64,000 bases of DNA from a virus. The notes below the pieces were generated by a model, which was not told where the DNA came from, searched no databases, and worked only from the letters and a program-made list of their open reading frames with translations. The position numbers and the translations under genes were made by a program. Positions 1 through 8,579 of this stretch are shown here, piece after piece. Location: IMG/VR virus record IMGVR_UViG_3300031758_000022, positions 1 through 64,000 of that record. One strand, written 5' to 3'. Within the stretch, counting starts at the first letter, position 1; the number at the start of each line of letters is the position of its first letter.

Positions 1-1
1 G

Positions 2-1042
2 CAACTTAATAGAAGCGATGATGGTACTTTTTCTTTTAGTGCTAATATGACTAATCCTGTTGAATCTGGTAGAGCTATGTTAAAGATGGATAAGTTAATG
101 CCTCCAAAACCTACTATATTAGAACAAAAAAGTTATAGTCTTGATTCTTGGTTAAATCATGCAAAGTTAAAAGATAGACCTCATTGGTCTGGGGAATTTG
201 ATGGTTATATTCCTTTAAATCATAGTGCTGTGCATAATAAAAGTTTGGCAAAATTTGTACCTGAAGCTACTACTGAATTTAGTGTTTTTAAAAACCAAGC
301 TGATGCAGAAGAAGCTTTACAAATAGTAAATAATTTAATTAAAAAACAAGGAATTACTCAAGAAGCTAAAATTTTAAAAACAGGAGATAGCTATCAAATT
401 CAAATTCCTAATTTTAAATTAACTAGAGATTATAAATATGGAGGATCATCTAAGTATCAAACTGGTGGATCTTCTGACTATGATAAGATACCACAATCTT
501 GGAAAGACACCTATGACTGGACACCTAACGTAGAAGCTGAGTATCAGGCATTTAAAAATGATCCTATGGGTCCTTCTAATCTTGCGGGTACAGATGATAT
601 GAATGACTACAATACTAGGGGTATGTGGGATTCATTAGATAGACCTGCAAATTGGAAACAAGGATTGGATTTATATAAACAACAGTGGGGAGAAGAATGG
701 ACTCCAGAAGAAGATGGTTATTATCATGCTTGGTCTCAACATCCCGGCACTGGTGAATGGTTAAAACCAAAACATCATGATACTGCTTGGATGAACTACG
801 GTAGTTATATTTATGATCCAAATAATATGGCTGTTGTAAATCCTGAAGGATTTTTTGGGAATGAGACTTTACAGTCTTACCCTAAAGAAGTAAAATACCC
901 TGATGGGGGTGGTGTATTCAATAACTCAATAAATAAAAAACATAATCTAAAAACTTCAGCTGAAGGATATTATGCGTATATTAATGGTGTAACTTTGTCT
1001 AAAGGTGGCAGCCCAAAAAGCTGGCTTGATAAATACAAATAA
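2..1042 (+). CDS. 5'-truncated putative virion/internal protein with x-x-x-G-G motifs
   Basis: Frame is open from position 2 up to the ATG at 47, so the gene probably starts before the window; motifs YKYGG, YQTGG, YPDGG, LSKGG. Confidence 0.6.
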   Translation, partial: QLNRSDDGTFSFSANMTNPVESGRAMLKMDKLMPPKPTILEQKSYSLDSWLNHAKLKDRPHWSGEFDGYIPLNHSAVHNKSLAKFVPEATTEFSVFKNQADAEEALQIVNNLIKKQGITQEAKILKTGDSYQIQIPNFKLTRDYKYGGSSKYQTGGSSDYDKIPQSWKDTYDWTPNVEAEYQAFKNDPMGPSNLAGTDDMNDYNTRGMWDSLDRPANWKQGLDLYKQQWGEEWTPEEDGYYHAWSQHPGTGEWLKPKHHDTAWMNYGSYIYDPNNMAVVNPEGFFGNETLQSYPKEVKYPDGGGVFNNSINKKHNLKTSAEGYYAYINGVTLSKGGSPKSWLDKYK

Positions 1043-1046
1043 TCAT

Positions 1047-3050
1047 ATGAAAAAAGACATTTTAAAAACAGCGGGTGTAAGATCTGAGAAAGAGTTTTAC
1101 AAAAAATACCCTACAGAAGAGGCGTTTATAGCGGCTCATCCTGACTTTGCTAATAAAATGCAAATGGGGGGAACAAGAGAAGCCTTTCCTCAAACTGCCA
1201 CTATGGATAATTTTTTTAGTTACGGTGTTCCGGCACCTCCTAATTACTTAGCACATGGTGGTATGCCACATGCTTTTCCACAGGCACAAACAGAATCTCA
1301 ATTCTTTATTCCTATTTATACTGATGTTTATAATCCGTATAACAAACAACAAGGTGGTTCTATGCCTGAGATGTTTCCACAAGTAGGAAATGTTGAATAT
1401 CAACCACCTGCAAATATGTGGTTTCAAGAAGGAGGGGAGCCGCTAGAAGAAGTAGGTGTTCAAAACCGTCTTGGCAAATTCATGGCTCAAATAGGAGGAA
1501 GAGCTGCTACAGCTGCTAATAAGCAAGTAGGTCAGTCTGCTATGGGTATGATGAGAGCTGGTGGTAATTTATCTAAGTATGATCCTGGTGGTAGTATAGC
1601 TCCTGGTAAATATAAATCAGTAAGTGACTTTGTAACACAAAATCCTTTAGATGCTTATACTGGTACGCAGTTTCAATATGATCCTGCCTATGGAGATGCT
1701 TTTGCAAAGTACATAGATAGTATGTACCGTGATTATTATGAGTTAGATCCGGATCATGCTGTATATAAAGATGATCCTATTTATAAGCAATTATCAGAAG
1801 CTTATGGTTATAAAGGAAAACCTACAAATACTTCTACTTCTACTCCTAAGTATGATCTTAATCAATTGGCTTCAGATAGAACTTCTAGAGGTAGAGGTCC
1901 TGTTAAATCTAAGGGTTGGGTAAATGGTGAATTTGGTAGAGGTCGTAACAATGACTATATGTGGCAAACAATGTTTAACACAGATAACTTTGCTGAGGCT
2001 CAAAGACTTGCTGCTGAAACAGGTTTAAGAATTGATGAAGGTAAAGCGGGACTATTAGGAAGAAGAAAAAAATATACCTATGACTGGGGTAATCAACCTG
2101 TCCCTGGTGCTACTGATCCAAACAAATCATCTTCTCAAACTACCTCTCAAACTACCTCTCAAACCACTTCTGATCAAACTTCTGAAACGGCTTCTGATAA
2201 TTCACAGCAAGGTCCAGGCAGACCTAAAAGAAACTTTTTTGGTAGGCCTGATACAGATTCTAGATGGAATCCTGAAAATAAAGCTAGATTCCCTAGCTCT
2301 AAAGTAAAAAATGCAGAGTTTCCTATGGGTGAAAGTACATTTGAAACAGCGGGTTATAAAGATGTTAATCGTAACTCTGATTTTAGAAACTGGAGAGCTA
2401 CAGAAAGGCTTAATAGAATAGGTGAGCGTCTTGATAAAAATTATCAAAGAGAGGAAGGTCTTAATACACTTTATGGAACAGAAATGTCCAATAGAATGGA
2501 AAGACTTAGAAATAGAGATACAAGAAGGTTTAACAGAATAGCAGATAGATTTGATAGAGATGAGTATACAGCTCCCGTTTTCCCTTCTCTTCCTACTCAA
2601 GCTTATGGCGGTGTTCCTATGGCTAAATGGGGACTTGATACAGATCATAACCGAATAATTGAAAAAGGTATGGGATCTGATCCAAACTATAACCACATAA
2701 TTGAAAAAGATGCATGGTGGGATAGAGCTGCTGAAGATTATGGAGGAGAAGAAAATTTCTACCAGCGTCAGATGAAAAAAGGTATTGCAACAGATATCTT
2801 TAATATGAATCAACCTGACTTTAATACATATATTGAAGACATGTATCCTGCACCTGGTACAAGCCGCGGTACATTTGATGTTCTTAATAATAACAATATG
2901 CCTTATAAAAATAATTATGCTGTGAAGGATGACTTTGCACCAGGTTTTAAGGCAGGTGGTAATTATAGAAAAGGTGATGTAATATATTGGGATGAAGATA
3001 CTATTAATGCTTTTATTCAAGCAGGCGGCCAAGTTGAATACCTTGATTAA
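1047..3050 (+). CDS. Putative internal virion (cargo) protein, low complexity, with GG-motif repeats
   Basis: Long ORF; ATG 1047 lies just after the upstream stop and is preferred over GTG 1005; about 9 GG motifs; position upstream of the giant ejected-protein genes. Confidence 0.65.
   Translation: MKKDILKTAGVRSEKEFYKKYPTEEAFIAAHPDFANKMQMGGTREAFPQTATMDNFFSYGVPAPPNYLAHGGMPHAFPQAQTESQFFIPIYTDVYNPYNKQQGGSMPEMFPQVGNVEYQPPANMWFQEGGEPLEEVGVQNRLGKFMAQIGGRAATAANKQVGQSAMGMMRAGGNLSKYDPGGSIAPGKYKSVSDFVTQNPLDAYTGTQFQYDPAYGDAFAKYIDSMYRDYYELDPDHAVYKDDPIYKQLSEAYGYKGKPTNTSTSTPKYDLNQLASDRTSRGRGPVKSKGWVNGEFGRGRNNDYMWQTMFNTDNFAEAQRLAAETGLRIDEGKAGLLGRRKKYTYDWGNQPVPGATDPNKSSSQTTSQTTSQTTSDQTSETASDNSQQGPGRPKRNFFGRPDTDSRWNPENKARFPSSKVKNAEFPMGESTFETAGYKDVNRNSDFRNWRATERLNRIGERLDKNYQREEGLNTLYGTEMSNRMERLRNRDTRRFNRIADRFDRDEYTAPVFPSLPTQAYGGVPMAKWGLDTDHNRIIEKGMGSDPNYNHIIEKDAWWDRAAEDYGGEENFYQRQMKKGIATDIFNMNQPDFNTYIEDMYPAPGTSRGTFDVLNNNNMPYKNNYAVKDDFAPGFKAGGNYRKGDVIYWDEDTINAFIQAGGQVEYLD
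2131..2170 (+). repeat. 12-bp tandem repeat encoding SQTT x3
   Basis: tctcaaactacc tctcaaactacc tctcaaaccact; protein reads SSQTTSQTTSQTTS. Confidence 0.85.
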
Positions 3051-3058
3051 TACCTTTG
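3051..3058 (+). promoter_or_regulatory. Bacteroidota-type -7 promoter element match (TAnnTTTG)
   Basis: TACCTTTG in the intergenic gap 4 nt before ATG 3063; spacing is very tight, so it may be coincidental. Confidence 0.3.
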
Positions 3059-3062
3059 TACT

Positions 3063-5276
3063 ATGAAGAAAATTAAAATAGTAGGACTACCTAAAATGGT
3101 TTATGGTGGGAGAGCCTTTAATCAGGTAGCTCCTAATGCCATTCCTAATCATATGAATGAAGCACCTCTTAAGGTAAATGATACTTTAAAATCTGTACCA
3201 AGAGAATTAGCAAATTTAGAAGCAGAAAAAGGAGAGACGGCATTTATTCCTAATCTAAATGGTATGTCTGCCCATTATAAAATTGGTGGTAAAAGGCATA
3301 GTGAAGGAGGAACACCTCTTAATCTTCCAGATGATTCTTTTATTTTTAGTGATACTAGGAGCATGACTCTTAAAGATAAGGATTTGCTTCAACAATTTGG
3401 AGAATCAAAACCTAAAACTTATGCTGAAATTGCTAAGAAGTATGACATAAATAAGTACAGAAAGGTTTTAGCAGATAAGGACTCAGATGTTATTGAAAAG
3501 AAGACAGCTGAGAAAATGATTGAGAATTATAACATGATGTTAGGCAAGCTTGCTTTGACACAAGAAAGTCAAAAAGGATTTCCACAAGGAATTCCTTTTA
3601 TAGCACAGCCTTATATGATGATGAATAATATCAATCCAGAAGATATTCTTCCACAGCAAAAGCAGGAGCAGGAGCAGGCACCAGAGCAGCAACAAGAAAT
3701 GCCAGCTGAAATGCCTCCACAAATGCCACAAGCTAGATATGGAGGTATGAGAGCAGTAAGGATTAAAGGTCTGCCTAGATATCAAGATGGTGCAGGAGTG
3801 CTAAGTCCTGAGGCTCTGGATGCTATGGCTCGTGAACAAGCTTCTGCTGAAGAAAAAGCTGCAAGAGAAAAGTTAGCAGAACTTTATGCTACTGCGGCAC
3901 TTGCAGAAGCAAAAGCTAAGTCTAGTGCTGCTTTAGAAAATAGTAAAGCAGCTAATACTAAAACTGCTACTACTACTAAAGGTACTACTAAATCTAAACC
4001 TACTGGAGGTTATAATCCTGATAGATCTAGAGCAGAGACCTATGATTATGTACAAGCTTTTCTTGATGCTTATGTAAAAGCTGCTGAGTCAGGAGCATTT
4101 GTTCCTGAGTTACCTAGTACTTATACAGCAGGCAATGCTGATGTTAGATCTAGACAAGCTGTTCAATCATCAATCTCTGGTCAAACAAATGTATACGGTG
4201 ATCCAGAAGTTCTTAATGAAGCAGATTTTAAAAAGAGACATGCATGGTACTTTAAGAATAAACCTAAATGGGATAAGAATAATCCTGCAGATGTAGGGGA
4301 TTTCCAAAAATCATATAATGCCAAAGCTAAAGAATACGGATTACCTGAATACTTTACATTAGACGGTCCTCAAGGAACTAGATTAGATTCTAAGTTTGGT
4401 GAGCATACTTGGTCTGCACCAGGATTTAATACTCCTGCTAAAAAACCAGCGGCTGCTGCTGAAAAACCTAAAACAGACGTTACTCCTTTAGAAGAGATTG
4501 ATGTAGAAGCACCTCCTGTATATAATCCTTTTGAGTACTATCCACAGGATACTTTGAATCTTGCTACAGCAATGGCTGCACAGATTCCTGATATGAAGAC
4601 TTTTTATGCACCGGTTCAACTTCAAGGTTGGGATCCAGCATACATAAAGGAAGATTACAGTCCTATTATGGAAGCAGCTAATATTGCTACACAGGGTGTT
4701 ACAAGTTTTGGTACTAGACAAGGTGCTGATGCATCTTTATCTAAGATTCAAGGCCAAGCTTCTAGATCTGCTGCAGACCATAATTTGCAGGTTGCTAATA
4801 TGAATATTGGTATCTACAATGATGCTGAGAAGTATAACTCACAAGTACAAGCTAAAAACATAGAGTATAACAATGCTCTTAAAATGGCTGACTTTGATGC
4901 AAGACAACTGTATGCGGCTGATAGACTTAAAGCTAAGAATAAGAAGAGAGCTGAAGTAGCTAATCTATTTAACAATAGACTTACTAATGCTACAGATACT
5001 TATAATCTAAACTTGACTAGTCCTTACTTTAAAATATTCCCTGGTAGCGGGGGTGCTGCTGTATTGACTAATCCTGAGATACTTAAACCTAACAAGGATG
5101 CGTATGCTTCTCAAGCTATCAGAGAATTTAATATGTGGAAAAATGCATACCCAGATTTATCAGATGAGGCTATTCTGAGTTATCTTGCACGCTCTAAAAG
5201 TGCTGGGCAAGTACCAGAAAACCAATATTATAATCCTTATGATGTGTCTGTTGGTCCTTACGGTGGCGGGCAATAA
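3063..5276 (+). CDS. crAss-like virion protein (EAEKGE...GKRHSEGG...FIFSD N-terminal domain)
   Basis: 737-aa ORF; N-terminal motif set recalled from crAss-like structural/cargo proteins; GG motifs MVYGG and ARYGG. Confidence 0.6.
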   Translation: MKKIKIVGLPKMVYGGRAFNQVAPNAIPNHMNEAPLKVNDTLKSVPRELANLEAEKGETAFIPNLNGMSAHYKIGGKRHSEGGTPLNLPDDSFIFSDTRSMTLKDKDLLQQFGESKPKTYAEIAKKYDINKYRKVLADKDSDVIEKKTAEKMIENYNMMLGKLALTQESQKGFPQGIPFIAQPYMMMNNINPEDILPQQKQEQEQAPEQQQEMPAEMPPQMPQARYGGMRAVRIKGLPRYQDGAGVLSPEALDAMAREQASAEEKAAREKLAELYATAALAEAKAKSSAALENSKAANTKTATTTKGTTKSKPTGGYNPDRSRAETYDYVQAFLDAYVKAAESGAFVPELPSTYTAGNADVRSRQAVQSSISGQTNVYGDPEVLNEADFKKRHAWYFKNKPKWDKNNPADVGDFQKSYNAKAKEYGLPEYFTLDGPQGTRLDSKFGEHTWSAPGFNTPAKKPAAAAEKPKTDVTPLEEIDVEAPPVYNPFEYYPQDTLNLATAMAAQIPDMKTFYAPVQLQGWDPAYIKEDYSPIMEAANIATQGVTSFGTRQGADASLSKIQGQASRSAADHNLQVANMNIGIYNDAEKYNSQVQAKNIEYNNALKMADFDARQLYAADRLKAKNKKRAEVANLFNNRLTNATDTYNLNLTSPYFKIFPGSGGAAVLTNPEILKPNKDAYASQAIREFNMWKNAYPDLSDEAILSYLARSKSAGQVPENQYYNPYDVSVGPYGGGQ

Positions 5277-5280
5277 ACTA

Positions 5281-5340
5281 AGGTTTAAACTTTAAAAGTT
5301 TTTTAAACTTACAAGATTTTTTCTTGTATATTTATATTAG
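5281..5340 (+). promoter_or_regulatory. Intergenic inverted repeats plus AT-rich promoter-like element ahead of the giant-gene cluster
   Basis: AGGTTTAAA/TTTAAACTT arms around AACTTT-A-AAAGTT; TACAAGA-N5-TCTTGTA; followed by TATATTTATA. Confidence 0.4.
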
Positions 5341-5342
5341 AT

Positions 5343-8300
5343 ATGAGTCAGTACATTCCAGGCGTAGTAGATTATGTTCCTCAAATTCAGCCATATAAGC
5401 CGAATTTGAATTTTTATCAACAAGTATTAGAGACTAAGAATGCTCAATACCAACAAGGATATGATAAACTTAGTTCCTTGTATGGAAACCTTTTGGAGTC
5501 TCCAATGCTTAGAGATGAGAACATAGATCTTCGCAATAAATTCTTTAATGACATCGGTGCCCAAATCAGTAAGATTTCTGGGCTTGATTTATCATTGTCA
5601 CAAAATGTAGATGCAGCATCTAAAGTATTCCAACCTCTTATTGATAATAAGTATATCCTAAAAGATATGGCTTATACTAAGCGAGCTTATAATGAGTTAC
5701 AAAGAGGTGAGAACTTTAGAAACTGTACAGATGAAAAGAAGTGTGGTGGTAAATATTGGGATGGTGGAATCAGAGCTATACAATATCAGATGGCTGATTT
5801 TGCTAAGTCTACTGCAGATGAGTCACTTGGCTTTGATGCTCCTAAATTTACACCTTCTGTAAATGTTCCTGAGAAAGCAATGAAGTTTGCAAAGGAAATG
5901 GGTTTTGAAATAACTCCTCCACCAACTATGTCACCGGATGGAAAATTCTTGGTTACAACCACAAATGGTGTAGCCATGATTCCTTCTTTGACTAATGCTT
6001 TCTTATCAGTATTTCAAAATGACCAAGCCGCTGTAGACTATTATAAAACACAGGCTTATCTACAAAGAAAAGATTTTGTAACTCAGAATGCTGAAAAATA
6101 CGGATCTGATGTAGATGCTGAAAGATACTATCTTACTGAGATGGGTCAGTCTTTGTTTGCAGATAATGATACAAAAGCTAAACAGGCTGCTCAAGAAGCA
6201 GATGAAGCTGATTTAAAAGGTAAAGTTGTTAACCAACAGATTAAATCAAGAGGTATTGATCCAAATGATAAAAATGATCAGAAGCTAGCGGCTACGCATA
6301 AACAAACACAGGTTGATAAACTTATAGCAATAGCTTCACAAGAGTATTATGACAATACTAAAAATGAGGCTGACCCACAAACTCTTCTTGGTTCTGATAT
6401 TATTACTGAAAGAAGTAGAATAGACAATGCAATGGCAAACTCACTGTTTAGCGGTGACTTGTATAATGCTGCTGCTTCATATGCCATGCTTACAGCTAAG
6501 ACTGATATAGAAGTAAATCAGTATGCTCTTGCTGGATTTGAACATTCTCTAGCTCTTGATCGAATGGACAAGCAGTTTGTATTGGATATGGAAAAAGCTC
6601 GGAGGACAGCAGCACTTGATATTCTTAAAGAGAATTATAAATCTAATAAAGAAAAAGATGCTTTAGGAAAATCAAATGATGTTTTAAGTAATGAGTGGAT
6701 TCCTGAAGTAATTGCTAATGGTGGAAAAAGTACTATTGCAAGAGATCCTAACCTTCAAGGAACTGACCAAAATGAACAGTATATTTTTGGTAGCGGAGTA
6801 CAACAAAGTTCTAAAGGATTAATACAAGAAATTTATTCTAGACTAGAAACTGTTATTAAATCTGATATTGGTAGTACAGTAGGAAATGGTGTGACTGTAA
6901 CTAAAGAATCTAAAGAACTTGCTCAAAAATACAAAGCTCAGCTTTTGGGATGGTCTTGGAAGAATGATCAAAAGTCTAATAAATCTTCATCTTATATTAG
7001 TCCAGATGATAAAGCAATGACTTTTTTAACAATTGTACCTACTGTTGCCAGTGCTGTTTATAAAGGTTTATTTGGTGATACAGAATCTGTAGAAGCGCCT
7101 ACTACATATAATGGTGGTTACCTAGATGAGAATGGTAAACTCATTGACATTGATAAGTCTACATCTTTTACAGATGGTAACAATAAAAACAACTGGTACT
7201 ATACAACAAAAAATATTGAAAAAGCATTAACAACAGATCCTGTTCTTTTAAACATGATAGGAACTGATAAGACCTTAATAGGAAAAGTTGATTCTTATAA
7301 AAATTCTGTAAAAAATTACAATGCTGCTGAAAAAGCATTAGCTTTTAATGTTGAGGGTGTTAAGGGTGTTGTTGATCGTAACTATATGAACAGTGTTATT
7401 AACAGTGTTGTTGCTAGTTCACATCAAGAGTATGCTCAAGAAATGCTTAAAAACTATTTTGTAAAAAATAATAGAGTTGTAAGTAAAGAAGAATTTATAA
7501 AAGACTATGAAAATAACTGGTCACCAACAAGACGATCACAAGCTACAAATATGATGTTAGACATGTTACCTTTTGGTTTCATGTCTTCAGATCCTTATCT
7601 GTCTGATAAAACTGAAGCTGCAGCTTTATATGATGCCTATTCAGAAAAATTCTCATCTGTTTATAATCAAGAAGATGGGTTTGCCACATTTGCAAATCAA
7701 AAATCTCTAAAATATGGTCATGTAAAAAATGTAGGTGGTGCAGGTGCATATGTTGAAAAGCAGCCTATTACAATACCTCTTGTTGATTCTGCTTATCCTG
7801 GAGATCTAGGAGCGCAAAGCTTTATGGGCTTTATGAAAGACTTTGAATCAGTAATGAGAACTAGTGCAAATCTTTTTGTAATAAACAAAGACGGAAAGGA
7901 CATAGATGCTGAGGCTCTTTCTGATTTGACTGGTTGGACAGATGGCCTATCTGATAGAATTAATTCTAATTCTGTACAGGCTCTTAATAAGATTGCTAAT
8001 GATTTAAGATCTGGTAAAAAAATAACAGATGAAGACAGAGCTAGATTTTCATTTACTGTTCATCCAAATATAGGCGGTGACTTAAATAAAGTAGGATTTA
8101 CTGTTAAACTAAACTCAGAGTTTAGAGGTAAAAATCAAGGTGGTGACAATACATATGGAAGCACAAAAGGGCTTACTGATGATGCTATAACTGTGGTTAT
8201 GGATAAAAGTGATATGTCTCCTGATAATGAAGCATACCAACAAACACAAAGAACTCAGTATGATCTTCTTATGGAAGCTGATGATGAGCTAAATATAACA

Positions 8301-8576
8301 GGCTATGAAGAATATGGCGGTACTGCAAAAATTACATATAATCCTTTTGGACCTGGATATATGATACAAAGATCATATAAGTACATTGATGATAATGGTA
8401 ATATTAAAACCTATGAGGTAAGCCCTGACTATTCTGATCCAAATGCTACTGCTGGTCTTGTTGCACAAACTGTAATTCAAAGTTTGGAAAAAGTATACAC
8501 AGATGTTAAAAGCACTGCTGATGCATTAAGACAAATTAACCCTGGAATAATTAAAGATCCTTCCCAACTACAATAA
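5343..8576 (+). CDS. Large putative virion/ejected protein (1077 aa)
   Basis: Long ORF directly upstream of the giant-protein trio; no catalytic motif recognised. Confidence 0.6.
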   Translation: MSQYIPGVVDYVPQIQPYKPNLNFYQQVLETKNAQYQQGYDKLSSLYGNLLESPMLRDENIDLRNKFFNDIGAQISKISGLDLSLSQNVDAASKVFQPLIDNKYILKDMAYTKRAYNELQRGENFRNCTDEKKCGGKYWDGGIRAIQYQMADFAKSTADESLGFDAPKFTPSVNVPEKAMKFAKEMGFEITPPPTMSPDGKFLVTTTNGVAMIPSLTNAFLSVFQNDQAAVDYYKTQAYLQRKDFVTQNAEKYGSDVDAERYYLTEMGQSLFADNDTKAKQAAQEADEADLKGKVVNQQIKSRGIDPNDKNDQKLAATHKQTQVDKLIAIASQEYYDNTKNEADPQTLLGSDIITERSRIDNAMANSLFSGDLYNAAASYAMLTAKTDIEVNQYALAGFEHSLALDRMDKQFVLDMEKARRTAALDILKENYKSNKEKDALGKSNDVLSNEWIPEVIANGGKSTIARDPNLQGTDQNEQYIFGSGVQQSSKGLIQEIYSRLETVIKSDIGSTVGNGVTVTKESKELAQKYKAQLLGWSWKNDQKSNKSSSYISPDDKAMTFLTIVPTVASAVYKGLFGDTESVEAPTTYNGGYLDENGKLIDIDKSTSFTDGNNKNNWYYTTKNIEKALTTDPVLLNMIGTDKTLIGKVDSYKNSVKNYNAAEKALAFNVEGVKGVVDRNYMNSVINSVVASSHQEYAQEMLKNYFVKNNRVVSKEEFIKDYENNWSPTRRSQATNMMLDMLPFGFMSSDPYLSDKTEAAALYDAYSEKFSSVYNQEDGFATFANQKSLKYGHVKNVGGAGAYVEKQPITIPLVDSAYPGDLGAQSFMGFMKDFESVMRTSANLFVINKDGKDIDAEALSDLTGWTDGLSDRINSNSVQALNKIANDLRSGKKITDEDRARFSFTVHPNIGGDLNKVGFTVKLNSEFRGKNQGGDNTYGSTKGLTDDAITVVMDKSDMSPDNEAYQQTQRTQYDLLMEADDELNITGYEEYGGTAKITYNPFGPGYMIQRSYKYIDDNGNIKTYEVSPDYSDPNATAGLVAQTVIQSLEKVYTDVKSTADALRQINPGIIKDPSQLQ

Positions 8577-8579
8577 GTT

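Noticed and set aside
2202-3032. 276-aa minus-strand ORF, and the many other short antisense ORFs inside the giant genes and replication genes
   Set aside because: Fully nested antisense to well-supported genes, with Ile/Phe/Ser/Cys-rich shadow composition and no motifs.
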